From: Candidatus Latescibacterota bacterium
GTDB taxonomy: Bacteria > Latescibacterota > UBA2968 > UBA8231
Assembly: GCA_965217585.1 (NCBI GenBank)
Contig: OZ244561.1
Location: forward strand, 2,976,001-3,040,000
Direction of reading: 5' to 3'
Length of the DNA: 64,000 nucleotides
Below are positions 17,700 through 26,635 of the stretch, piece after piece (the first letter of the stretch is position 1; the number at the start of each line of letters is the position of its first letter). Under the pieces are notes generated by a model, which saw nothing but the letters and a program-made list of their open reading frames with translations, was not told the origin of the DNA and did no database searches. The translations under genes and the position numbers were made by a program.

Positions 17700-20600
17700 G
17701 AGGGCACGTTCTCCCGTCTCAACACATAGATGTAGGCGTCCTCCAGCGTCGGCTCGACGGGCACGGCCGCCAGCCCCGGCACGGCGTCCGCAGCCAGAAA
17801 CCGCACGCGAATGCCGGCGGGTGCGCGCAAGTGCGAGATCACGTTGACCTGCTCGCCGATCCGGGATAGCTCCTCTTCGGCGACGACCGCCTCCCACGCA
17901 TGGCCTTGCGCCAGATCGCGCATGGCCTGCGGCGTGCCCTCGTAGAGGATGCGGCCGGCATTGAGCACTGCGAGGCGGTTGCAGCTACCGGAAATATCCT
18001 CGACGATGTGGGTCGAGAAAAGGACGATCCGCTCCTGACTGATCCGCGCCAACAGGTTGCGGAAGCGAATCCGCTCCACCGGATCTAGGCCCGCGGTCGG
18101 CTCGTCAACGACGATGATCTGCGGCAGATGCAGCAGGGTCTGCGCGATCCCCACGCGCTGCTTCATGCCGCCGGAAAACGAGCCGATCAGGTCGTCTTGC
18201 CGCCCGTCGAGATTGACCTGTTCGAGGCTGGCACCGACCCGGGCGCGGCGCAGGGCCGGGTCGCGGAATCCCTCCAGCAGGGCGCGATACTCTAGATACT
18301 GATAGGCCGTCAGGTGCTCGTAGAGGCCGAAGTGCTGGGGCAAATAGCCGATCACCCCCTGCACTGGGCCGCGGCGGGTGACATTGACGCCGTCAAAGGC
18401 CACCGATCCCGAGCTTGGCTCCAGCACTTGCGATATGATCCGCATCAGCGTCGTCTTGCCGGCCCCGTTGGGGCCGAGCAGGCCGAACATGCCGCGCCCG
18501 ATCTCCAAGTTGACCCCATAGAGGGCTTGGTATTGCGGCCTTTCCACGCCGATCAGGGGCAGGGCCGCCGCCCCGCGATACGCCCTGCGCACCAGCCACG
18601 CCAGCCGACCTGCCAGCGCCGCCGGATCCACCTCGCCGCGGCGCACCCGGTCGGCCAACAGACGCGCCCCCTGATAGCCCAGCCACACCGCCAGCGAGGC
18701 GACCGTCAGCGAAGGCAGTGCCAAGCGTTGATGTACATAGCCAACCAATAGCAGCGGCACCGCCCATTGCGCCAGCGCGTGCGCCCCCGCGCCCAGACCA
18801 AGCAAAGCCCCCTGCCGCAGCACGTGGGCCACCAAGCCCCACGTCGCCAGCGAGAGCAGGTAGAGCCAGAGCGCGTCCGCAAAGTAGGTGTGTAGAAAGC
18901 CGAGGAGCACCAACAGCGGCAGCTTCCAGCTCAAGCCGTCCTTGATCGCTTTGCGATCTACCGGGTCAATACCTTGAGTCCGCAGTCTTGAGTCGCGGCG
19001 GTCGAAGCGCGTCCACTCCCGGCGGAAGCGCCCGGGGGCACCGTAGATCTTGGTCAGGGTTTGCAGGCGGATCGAATGCACCGCCGGCACCTCGTGCCGC
19101 GCCGCCCGGGCGCGGTAGATCCGCAGGGCAAGCGCGGCCACTCCGAGCAGCAAAAACCACAGCGGCAGCGCCAAGAGCACCGGCCAGAACAGGCTCGCGG
19201 ACTCCATATACAACGCGACCACAGCCGCCGCCGCGACCACAGTCGCCAATCCCACGCCGACGCGGCCGATCCCCCTGAGCCACGCCCGCACCTGATCCAG
19301 CCCCATATAGGCCACCGGCACGAAGATCAGCGTCGAGACCATCGACACCGCCAGCCCCCCCAAGACGGTGATGGCGAAGGGCGGCCAGACCTCGTAGTCG
19401 CCGCCGAAGTCGAGCGCCAAAGGCATCACGCCCAACAGGGTCGTCGCCGAGGTCATCAGGATCGGCCGCACCCTGGAGCGAGCGGCCGCCAGCACCGCCC
19501 GCTCGCGGCGGCAGCCTTCCCGCTCGCGGAGCGTGCCAATGGCGTCGATGAGGATAATGCCGTTGTTGACGGCAATGCCGATCAACACGATAAAGCCCAG
19601 CAGAGCCATCGGCCCCGCCTGCGAGCTTAGCCCGGTGCCCGTCAGCATCAGCGCCCAGCACGAGCCAATCGCCGCGGTCGGCAGGGTGCAAAAGATCAGC
19701 AGCGGCGAGGCGAACGATTCAAAGAGCGAGGCCAGCACCATGTAGGTCAGCACCGCCGCGATCCCCATCATCCAGTAGTAGATCGCATCCGTTGCGACCT
19801 CGGCGATCTCGATGGTGTAGTCGCCGGGCAGCACCAAGTCTTGGACCACTGCCCGCACTTGGTCCCGCGCCGCGTCGAGCAGGGGCTGCGAGTCGAGGAT
19901 TTCGTCTGTGAACTGATAGGAGACCACCACGCGCCGCGCTTGGTCGGTGCGCAGGATACTATTGCGCCCCTCGTCGGTGCGCACCTTGGCCAGCTCCGCA
20001 AGCGGCACATACTCACCCGTACTGGTCAGCACCGGAATGGCCCCAACCCCGGCGCGCCCGGGCCCATCGGCCTCTGGGTCTGCGGTCGGCCGCACCTCGA
20101 TGGGGATCTCGCTGCCGTCGGCCTTGAGGAAATCCGTCTGTGCTGCGAAGCCTTCTGGATTGGCGTTGGCTATCGCGCTCAGGACGGTGTTGACGCGCAG
20201 GTCGTGGTCGAAAAGCGCCAGCGGACGGGGAATCACCTGGATCTCGGGGCCGCTGCGCTGGAGGTCGGGCCGCACGCTGTTGGCGTCGATTTCCTCCAAC
20301 TCTTCGAGCCGATAGGACAAATCGTCGGCGATCATCTGCAACACCGCGAAGTCGTACCCCTTGATCAGCGCCGTCTCTGAGGTGGCCCCCGCCTGCAAGT
20401 TGAAACCCCCGGTCCCCCCGGTCCCCCCGGTCCCCCCCCCGCGTCCGCCACCCCGTCCCCTGCCGCCGCCGAAACTGCTAGCCTGCGGTTCGTAGCCGAT
20501 CAGGGCACCCTGAATTTCCTGCAACTCGCCGTCGAGCTGGTCCTTCAATTCCTCGGCCGACACCCGCTCGGGCCGCTCGTCGCGGTCGAGGAGCATCACC

Positions 20601-22396
20601 GTGACGCTGCCCTGCCCCTCCTGGACGCTGGTCGTAAACCGCTCAATGCCCGGCAGTACTTGCACCGCGTCCTCAATCTGTCGCATCACCTCGTCTGTCG
20701 CATCGAGGGTCGCGCCGTCGGAGAGACTCGCGTACACCGAAAACCGAGTCTCCGCGGCGATGACTTCCTGTTGCAGCAGGAAAAAGAACGCGGCCACCAA
20801 CGTCGCCAGCAGCACCAGGAACACGCCGCAAGCCACTGCGCCCCGATGGCGCAAACTGGCCTTGAGGAACAGCGTGTACCTCCCCATTAGCCTTCCCGTG
20901 CCCAAAGGTGCCGATGCCTGACGCTCGAGCATCCGCGCCGCCAACGCGGGTACCAGCGACAGGGCCACCAGCAGCGAGGCCAGCAGCGGGAAGGTGATCG
21001 CCAGCGCCAACTCGCGCAGAATGTCCTGGAAGTCGCTCTGGATAAAGACTACCGGCAAAAAGACCAGTGCCGTTGTCGCCGTCGCCGCGATCACTGCCTT
21101 GCTCACTTCCTCCGTGCCGTCGCGCGCCGCCTCTACGGGCGATTTGCCCCGCTCGAAGTGCTTGAAGATGCTCTCCATCACCACGATGCTGTTGTCGGTC
21201 AGCATCCCCATCGCCAGTGCCAGCCCGCAGAGCGAGAGCACGTTGAGCGTTAGATCCGAGGCGTACATCAAGTTGAACGTCGCCAGCAGCGAAGCCGGAA
21301 TCGCCAGTAGCAGGATGGCCACAAAGTGCGCATTGCGCAGAAAGAGGAACAGCACCGCCAACCCCAACACCAGCCCGACCAACGCCGCCTGTTTCAGGGT
21401 GTCGAGCGAGTCCTCCATCAGCGCGGCTTGGTTGTTGGTGACGATCAGCGACACACCCTCGGGCGCGAAGTCGCGGTTGAGCTGGGCGATCGCCGTGGCC
21501 ACTGCATCGGCGACCGCGATCAGGTTGGCCTCGTCCTCTTTCTGGATCAGGATCCCCACCGCCGACTGGCCGTTGACCCGGCTCAAGTCCGTGCGCTGCT
21601 GCAACCCGTAACCCACCTCGGCCACATCCCCCAAGCGCAGCGGGATCGACGCGTCGATGAGGGTCTCGTCAATCTGCCGCAAGTCGCCAAACTGCCCCTG
21701 AAAGCTGACCGGAAAGACTTGGCTGCCGTCGTACACCGCGCCGAGATAGACCCGGGGCTGGTTGGCGTCGGCGAGCGCGTTGCGCAGATCGGCCATCGTC
21801 AACTGGTAGGCTTGCAGGCGCTCCGGCTCGGCGACGATCTCCACCGCGCTTTGCCGACCGCCCAATACCTGGGCGCTGACCACCCCTTCGACCGCGGCCA
21901 GCGCGGGGGCGATATGTTCCTCGGTGTAGTCCCTGAGCCAGTTGAGGTCCGCCTCTGCTGCCAGGACCTGCAATTCCATCACCGTCGCGCTCAGATCGTT
22001 CTCGTCGAAGCGCTGCACCGCGATTTGGGTCCGGGCGGGAAAACTTGGTTGCAGGCGGTCCATCCGGCTCTGCACCTGCAAGAGCGCGAATTTCATATCC
22101 GTGCCCGGCTCGTAGGATATCCGCACATTGCCCCGGTTGAGCGAGGCGGTAGAAGTCATTTCCACCACGCCTTCGAGCTGACTTATTTCCTCCTCGACCG
22201 GCATCACCAACTCGCGCTCGACCTGTTCGGGTGCCATGCCCTGCTGCGCGATCGCGACGAAGATCTCGGGGTACACCACCTCGGGCATCAGCTCCACGGG
22301 CAGGCGGTCGAGCGAGATCAGCCCCAACAGCGAGACCGCGGAGAAAAACATCGCCGTCGTCACTGGGCGGCGGATGGAGAAGGCCGACAAGCTCAC
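17693..22396 (-). CDS. RND (AcrB-like) permease fused to a C-terminal ABC ATPase domain, ~1567 aa
   Basis: SIRRPV N-terminus, TDNSIVV, VNNGII, RVRPILMT; then extra TMs; then GPNGAGKTT, GYLPQ, FSGGMKQR, VDEPTAGLDP, STH, all in one open frame; GTG 22396 overlaps the previous stop. Confidence 0.88.
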   Translation of the reverse strand: MSLSAFSIRRPVTTAMFFSAVSLLGLISLDRLPVELMPEVVYPEIFVAIAQQGMAPEQVERELVMPVEEEISQLEGVVEMTSTASLNRGNVRISYEPGTDMKFALLQVQSRMDRLQPSFPARTQIAVQRFDENDLSATVMELQVLAAEADLNWLRDYTEEHIAPALAAVEGVVSAQVLGGRQSAVEIVAEPERLQAYQLTMADLRNALADANQPRVYLGAVYDGSQVFPVSFQGQFGDLRQIDETLIDASIPLRLGDVAEVGYGLQQRTDLSRVNGQSAVGILIQKEDEANLIAVADAVATAIAQLNRDFAPEGVSLIVTNNQAALMEDSLDTLKQAALVGLVLGLAVLFLFLRNAHFVAILLLAIPASLLATFNLMYASDLTLNVLSLCGLALAMGMLTDNSIVVMESIFKHFERGKSPVEAARDGTEEVSKAVIAATATTALVFLPVVFIQSDFQDILRELALAITFPLLASLLVALSLVPALAARMLERQASAPLGTGRLMGRYTLFLKASLRHRGAVACGVFLVLLATLVAAFFFLLQQEVIAAETRFSVYASLSDGATLDATDEVMRQIEDAVQVLPGIERFTTSVQEGQGSVTVMLLDRDERPERVSAEELKDQLDGELQEIQGALIGYEPQASSFGGGRGRGGGRGGGTGGTGGTGGFNLQAGATSETALIKGYDFAVLQMIADDLSYRLEELEEIDANSVRPDLQRSGPEIQVIPRPLALFDHDLRVNTVLSAIANANPEGFAAQTDFLKADGSEIPIEVRPTADPEADGPGRAGVGAIPVLTSTGEYVPLAELAKVRTDEGRNSILRTDQARRVVVSYQFTDEILDSQPLLDAARDQVRAVVQDLVLPGDYTIEIAEVATDAIYYWMMGIAAVLTYMVLASLFESFASPLLIFCTLPTAAIGSCWALMLTGTGLSSQAGPMALLGFIVLIGIAVNNGIILIDAIGTLREREGCRRERAVLAAARSRVRPILMTSATTLLGVMPLALDFGGDYEVWPPFAITVLGGLAVSMVSTLIFVPVAYMGLDQVRAWLRGIGRVGVGLATVVAAAAVVALYMESASLFWPVLLALPLWFLLLGVAALALRIYRARAARHEVPAVHSIRLQTLTKIYGAPGRFRREWTRFDRRDSRLRTQGIDPVDRKAIKDGLSWKLPLLVLLGFLHTYFADALWLYLLSLATWGLVAHVLRQGALLGLGAGAHALAQWAVPLLLVGYVHQRLALPSLTVASLAVWLGYQGARLLADRVRRGEVDPAALAGRLAWLVRRAYRGAAALPLIGVERPQYQALYGVNLEIGRGMFGLLGPNGAGKTTLMRIISQVLEPSSGSVAFDGVNVTRRGPVQGVIGYLPQHFGLYEHLTAYQYLEYRALLEGFRDPALRRARVGASLEQVNLDGRQDDLIGSFSGGMKQRVGIAQTLLHLPQIIVVDEPTAGLDPVERIRFRNLLARISQERIVLFSTHIVEDISGSCNRLAVLNAGRILYEGTPQAMRDLAQGHAWEAVVAEEELSRIGEQVNVISHLRAPAGIRVRFLAADAVPGLAAVPVEPTLEDAYIYVLRRENVPSC

Positions 22397-25300
22397 CGCA
22401 GCCGCTCCACCGTCTCGTAGGCCACGGGAATGACCACCAGCGTCATCAGCGTCGCGGAAATAAGTCCGCCGATCACCGCAATCGCCATCGGCGCCCGCAA
22501 GGCCGCCCCTTCGCCCACCCCGATTGCCATCGGCGCGAGCGCCAAAATCGTGGTTGCCGTCGTCATCAGGATCGGCCGCAGCCGGTCCTGCGCGCCCTGC
22601 AGCACGGCCGCGCGCACCGTCGGCAACTGCGCCCGTAGCTGGTTGATGCGATCGACCAATACGATAGAGTCGTTGACCGCGATCCCGCCCAGCATGATGA
22701 TGCCGATATAGGCCATTGCGCTCAGCGGCTCGCCCAGCCCCCAGAAGGCCCACACCACGCCGACGCCAGCCAGCGGCACGGTCAGCATCACGGTAAAGGG
22801 GTGCAGCAGCGACTCAAAAAGCGAGGCCATCACCATGTACACCAGCACCACCGAGAGCAGCAGCGCGAACTGCAAGTCGGCAAAGGACTCCTGTCGCTCG
22901 CGCTCCTCGCCGCCGATGGCGATCCGATAACCACGGGGCAGGGCCATGCTATTGACGACCTGCTCGACCTGCCCGATGGCCTCGCCCAACACCGCGCCTT
23001 CGACCAGATAACCCGCCACCCGCCCGACCCGGCGCTGGTCCTCGCGCAAAATCTCGCGCGGCCCTTCGACAAGTATGGGATCCGACAAATCGCCCAGAGC
23101 CAGAATCGCCCCATCGGGCGCATCAATCCGCAACTGCGGCAGCTCGCGCAAGTCGAAGCGCGCAAAACCGACGCGGATGTCGCGCGAGCGTTGGTCTTTG
23201 GACAACTCGCCGATTACCTCGCCCGACAGCCGGCGCTCCAGCGCCTGCACGATGGTCGCGACGGTCAGCCCGCTGGCGACGACCGCGTCCTCGCGCAGCC
23301 GCAGGTCGATCTCAGGTTGGCCGCCTTGGAAGTTCGAAGTGACGTTGTACACGCTCGGCAGCTCCTCCAAGCGGGCGGCGAGATCGGCGCACAGGCGGCG
23401 CAACACTTCCACCTCGTCGCCAATAATCTCCACTTGGACCGGGGCCGTCCGCTCGCCCAGCACTCCTTCGAGCGCGGTCTCGTGTAGCTGGTATTGCACG
23501 TCTAGTTCGGGGATTTGCGCCAATTGCGCGTCAACGACCTCGACCAGTTGCGGCAGGTTGCGACTGGTCTGCTGGGCCAGCGCGACCGACAGCGTGGCGC
23601 GGTTGGGTCCGGTAGGGTCGCCGATGTTGGCCAGCCGCGCCGGGTCCACGCCCGCCCGGGCGTACACTCCGGCCACATCGTCGCCGCCTACCTCGCCGAT
23701 GATCTCCCCCACCCGCTTGGCCACCCGATCGGTCAGCTCCAGCCGCGACCCTTGCGCCAGTGACAACTCCACGTGGAAAAGCCCTTGGTCTTCGCGCGGG
23801 ATAAACTCGGTGGGGATTGCGCGGGCGACGTAGGCCGTGCCCGCGCCCGTTGCGGCCACCAGCAACAAAACCACTCCCTTGTGGTCGAGCACCGCGTTGA
23901 GCAAAGCGCGGAAGCGCAACCAGCGCTGCTCGGTTGTCGCCCCGCCGCGCCCGCGCAAAAAACGCGAGGTTAGCATCGGCACGGTCATCATCGCCACCGC
24001 CAGTGACGAGACGAGCGAAAAAGCCACGGTCCAGGCTTGGTCCTTAAACAGTTCGCTGGTCAGCCCTTGCAGGTAAACGATCGGCAGGAAAACCGACACG
24101 GTCGTCAGCGTCGAGGCCGTAATCGCCACCCCGACCTCGCTGGCTCCCTTTGTCGAAGCTTGGCGCGCGTCTTCGCCCCGCTCGAGGTGGCGGTAGATAT
24201 TCTCAATGACCACGATCGCGTTATCGACCAGCATCCCCGCCCCTAGCGCCAAGCCGCCGAGGGTCATGATATTGAGCGTCAGATCCTCGAAATACATCAG
24301 GGTAAAGGTCGCTAGAATTGAAATCGGAATCGCCAGGCCGATCACCAAAGTCGCCGTCCACGAGCGCAAGAAAAACAGCAATACCCCCACCGCCAACACC
24401 GCCCCGTGCAGCGCCGCCTCTTTGACCTCGGCTACGGCCTCCTCGATAAAGCGCGCTTGGTTTTCAACCACTGCAAAGCGCAACTCGGGCAAGTCTTGGT
24501 CGAGCTCGCCGATGGATTCGAGCACCCGGTTGATGACCTGTACCGTATTGCTACCGGCCTCCTTGTAGAGCGCCAAGCCGATGCACTCGACTCCGTCGAG
24601 CCGCACGATCGTCTCCCGTTCCGCGTACTCCAGCGCCACCCGTCCCACTTCGCGCACGTAAACCGGCACCTGCAACCCCGCCTCGACGCCTGCCCCCTGC
24701 CGCGCCCCGACGATCACATTGCGCACGTCCGCTAGGTCTTTGAGCCGCCCCAGCCCCTTGACCTGGTACGATTGCTGCGCCTCGCGCAAGGTCCCCCCGG
24801 ACACGTCCTCATTGGCCGAGGTAATCGCCGCGATGACTTGGTCGGCGTCCTGCCCAAAGGCTTCGAGCAGGTACGGATCCAACGTCACCCGGATTTCTTT
24901 TTCCGCATCTCCTTCGATGTCTGCCGAGGCCACCCCGGCGAGTGCTTCCAGCTTGGGCTTGACCACGGTCTCGACCGCGCCCAACAGCTCGTCGAGGTCG
25001 GCCAACTCCGTCGCCGAGACCGCGATCCGCATCACCGGCAGCGCCTGCGGGTCCTCCTGAATGACATCGAGCGTTTCAATATCCTCGTCGGTGGCGTACA
25101 CCCCCATCTTCTTCTGCACGTCGATCAGGGCAAAATCCATATCCGCTTCCCAATCGAACTCGGCCACCACCACGGACTGCCCTGAGCGGGTGATCGAATA
25201 GACCCGAGCGACTCCGCTGATCGTGCTGATGTCGCGCTCCAGCCGCCGCGTATATTGCTCTTCCACCTCCTGCGGCGCCTTGCCGGGCACCTGCAAGTCA

Positions 25301-25440
25301 ACTGTGATGACCGGCGTGTGCATGTTGGGCAGCAGGTCGGTCCCCAATTTGCTTAGGGAGATCGCCCCCAACAGCGCCACCGCGAGGGTCAGCATCAACA
25401 CGGTGACGGGATAGCGGGTGGAAAACTCAGGTAGCGACAT
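22393..25440 (-). CDS. RND (AcrB/AcrD/AcrF family) efflux permease
   Basis: FSTRYPV, LVDNAIVVIENI, VNDSIVLVD, RLRPILMTT, PMAIAVIGGL. Confidence 0.93.
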   Translation of the reverse strand: MSLPEFSTRYPVTVLMLTLAVALLGAISLSKLGTDLLPNMHTPVITVDLQVPGKAPQEVEEQYTRRLERDISTISGVARVYSITRSGQSVVVAEFDWEADMDFALIDVQKKMGVYATDEDIETLDVIQEDPQALPVMRIAVSATELADLDELLGAVETVVKPKLEALAGVASADIEGDAEKEIRVTLDPYLLEAFGQDADQVIAAITSANEDVSGGTLREAQQSYQVKGLGRLKDLADVRNVIVGARQGAGVEAGLQVPVYVREVGRVALEYAERETIVRLDGVECIGLALYKEAGSNTVQVINRVLESIGELDQDLPELRFAVVENQARFIEEAVAEVKEAALHGAVLAVGVLLFFLRSWTATLVIGLAIPISILATFTLMYFEDLTLNIMTLGGLALGAGMLVDNAIVVIENIYRHLERGEDARQASTKGASEVGVAITASTLTTVSVFLPIVYLQGLTSELFKDQAWTVAFSLVSSLAVAMMTVPMLTSRFLRGRGGATTEQRWLRFRALLNAVLDHKGVVLLLVAATGAGTAYVARAIPTEFIPREDQGLFHVELSLAQGSRLELTDRVAKRVGEIIGEVGGDDVAGVYARAGVDPARLANIGDPTGPNRATLSVALAQQTSRNLPQLVEVVDAQLAQIPELDVQYQLHETALEGVLGERTAPVQVEIIGDEVEVLRRLCADLAARLEELPSVYNVTSNFQGGQPEIDLRLREDAVVASGLTVATIVQALERRLSGEVIGELSKDQRSRDIRVGFARFDLRELPQLRIDAPDGAILALGDLSDPILVEGPREILREDQRRVGRVAGYLVEGAVLGEAIGQVEQVVNSMALPRGYRIAIGGEERERQESFADLQFALLLSVVLVYMVMASLFESLLHPFTVMLTVPLAGVGVVWAFWGLGEPLSAMAYIGIIMLGGIAVNDSIVLVDRINQLRAQLPTVRAAVLQGAQDRLRPILMTTATTILALAPMAIGVGEGAALRAPMAIAVIGGLISATLMTLVVIPVAYETVERLR

Positions 25441-25450
25441 AATGCGAGTA

Positions 25451-26548
25451 CTATCTCCCCGGCCCGCCCCGACCACCTGCCCCCCTAGCCTCTCCGGTCC
25501 CCGTTACACTGACCCGCGTCCGCGACCGCAGGGTCTCGTAGTTGCTCGTAATCAGCCGCTCCCCCTCCTCCACGCCGCGCAGCACCTCCACGAACGTTTC
25601 GTCCTCTAGCCCGGTCTCAATTTCCCGCATCTGCGCCCGTGCGCTTTCTTCGACGAATACGACCTCGCGATTCCTCCTCACTAGCACCAACTCGCGCGGT
25701 ACCAGCACCACGTCGGCGTGCGACTCGACCACGATCTCGGCCTTGACGAACATCCCTGGCCGCAGCAAGTGCTCGGGGTTGTCTATCGCCGCCACCGCGC
25801 GAAAGGTCCGCGTCGCGGCATCCACCACCGGGTCAACCGCGACGATGCGGCCGGCGAACACCTCGTCCGGGTAGGAGTAATCGACCGCCCGCACGGGCTG
25901 ATCCAGCGCGATGTGGCGGATTTGCGAGTTGGGAATCTGCAAGTCGAGCAGCACCGCGCTGTAATCGACGATGCGGCAGATCTGGATGTTCGCCTCGACC
26001 AGCGTCTGCTCGCTGGCGTCGGTGAACTCGCTGAGCACCCCGGAGATCGGGGCGGTAATTGCGGTCTTGCCGATCTGGACCAAGGCGTCGTCGTAGTCCG
26101 ACTGCGCGTCGGCCAAATCCTTGCGCGCCGCTTCGACATCGAACTGGGTCACCAAGCCGCGCTCGACTAGGACTTCTTGTTCGGCGAGGGTTTGGCGCGC
26201 GTTCTGCACGGCCAGCTTGCGCGCCTCCAGCCGGGCACCGACCACCAGTTCCTCGTTGTCGAGGCGGGCGAGCACTTGGCCCTGCTGCACGGCCATCCCC
26301 TCGGTCGGCTTGCGCCCGTCGCCTAGTTGGACCAGCGACAGGAACCCCCGCGTCTCGGTGACCACCACTGCTTCCTGCACTGACCGCAGGGTGCCGGTGG
26401 AGGTAACGACGGACTCGATGGTCCCCAACCCCACCGGCTGCACGGTGACCGGGACCGTCAAATCGGCCGTCTGCTGGACGGTCTCGCTTTCGCAGCCGAT
26501 TAGCAACAGGAGCGCCCATGCCGAGGCGCATAGGATTGTATATCGCAT
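25451..26548 (-). CDS. RND periplasmic adaptor (MFP) lipoprotein
   Basis: Lipobox LIGC; V..GQVLARLD, ITAPISGV, P.VD.ATRTF, LRPGMF; GAGG upstream of ATG. Confidence 0.92.
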   Translation of the reverse strand: MRYTILCASAWALLLLIGCESETVQQTADLTVPVTVQPVGLGTIESVVTSTGTLRSVQEAVVVTETRGFLSLVQLGDGRKPTEGMAVQQGQVLARLDNEELVVGARLEARKLAVQNARQTLAEQEVLVERGLVTQFDVEAARKDLADAQSDYDDALVQIGKTAITAPISGVLSEFTDASEQTLVEANIQICRIVDYSAVLLDLQIPNSQIRHIALDQPVRAVDYSYPDEVFAGRIVAVDPVVDAATRTFRAVAAIDNPEHLLRPGMFVKAEIVVESHADVVLVPRELVLVRRNREVVFVEESARAQMREIETGLEDETFVEVLRGVEEGERLITSNYETLRSRTRVSVTGTGEARGAGGRGGPGR

Positions 26549-26563
26549 ATTTACCTCAGAGCA

Positions 26564-26588
26564 GGGCAAGCACAAGGGCTGCCCCGAC
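26564..26588 (-). repeat. degenerate REP-like palindrome
   Basis: Minus strand GTCGGGGCAGCCCTTGTGCTTGCCC resembles the element at 32844-32868. Confidence 0.55.
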
Positions 26589-26635
26589 AAGATTTGTTGG
26601 TATAGATGCTTTAGGATGTGCCCTACGGATATGTC

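Noticed and set aside
22397-22753. N-terminal extension of the RND-ABC fusion in the ORF track
   Set aside because: It overlaps the preceding RND gene; the RND N-terminal motif starts at GTG 22396.
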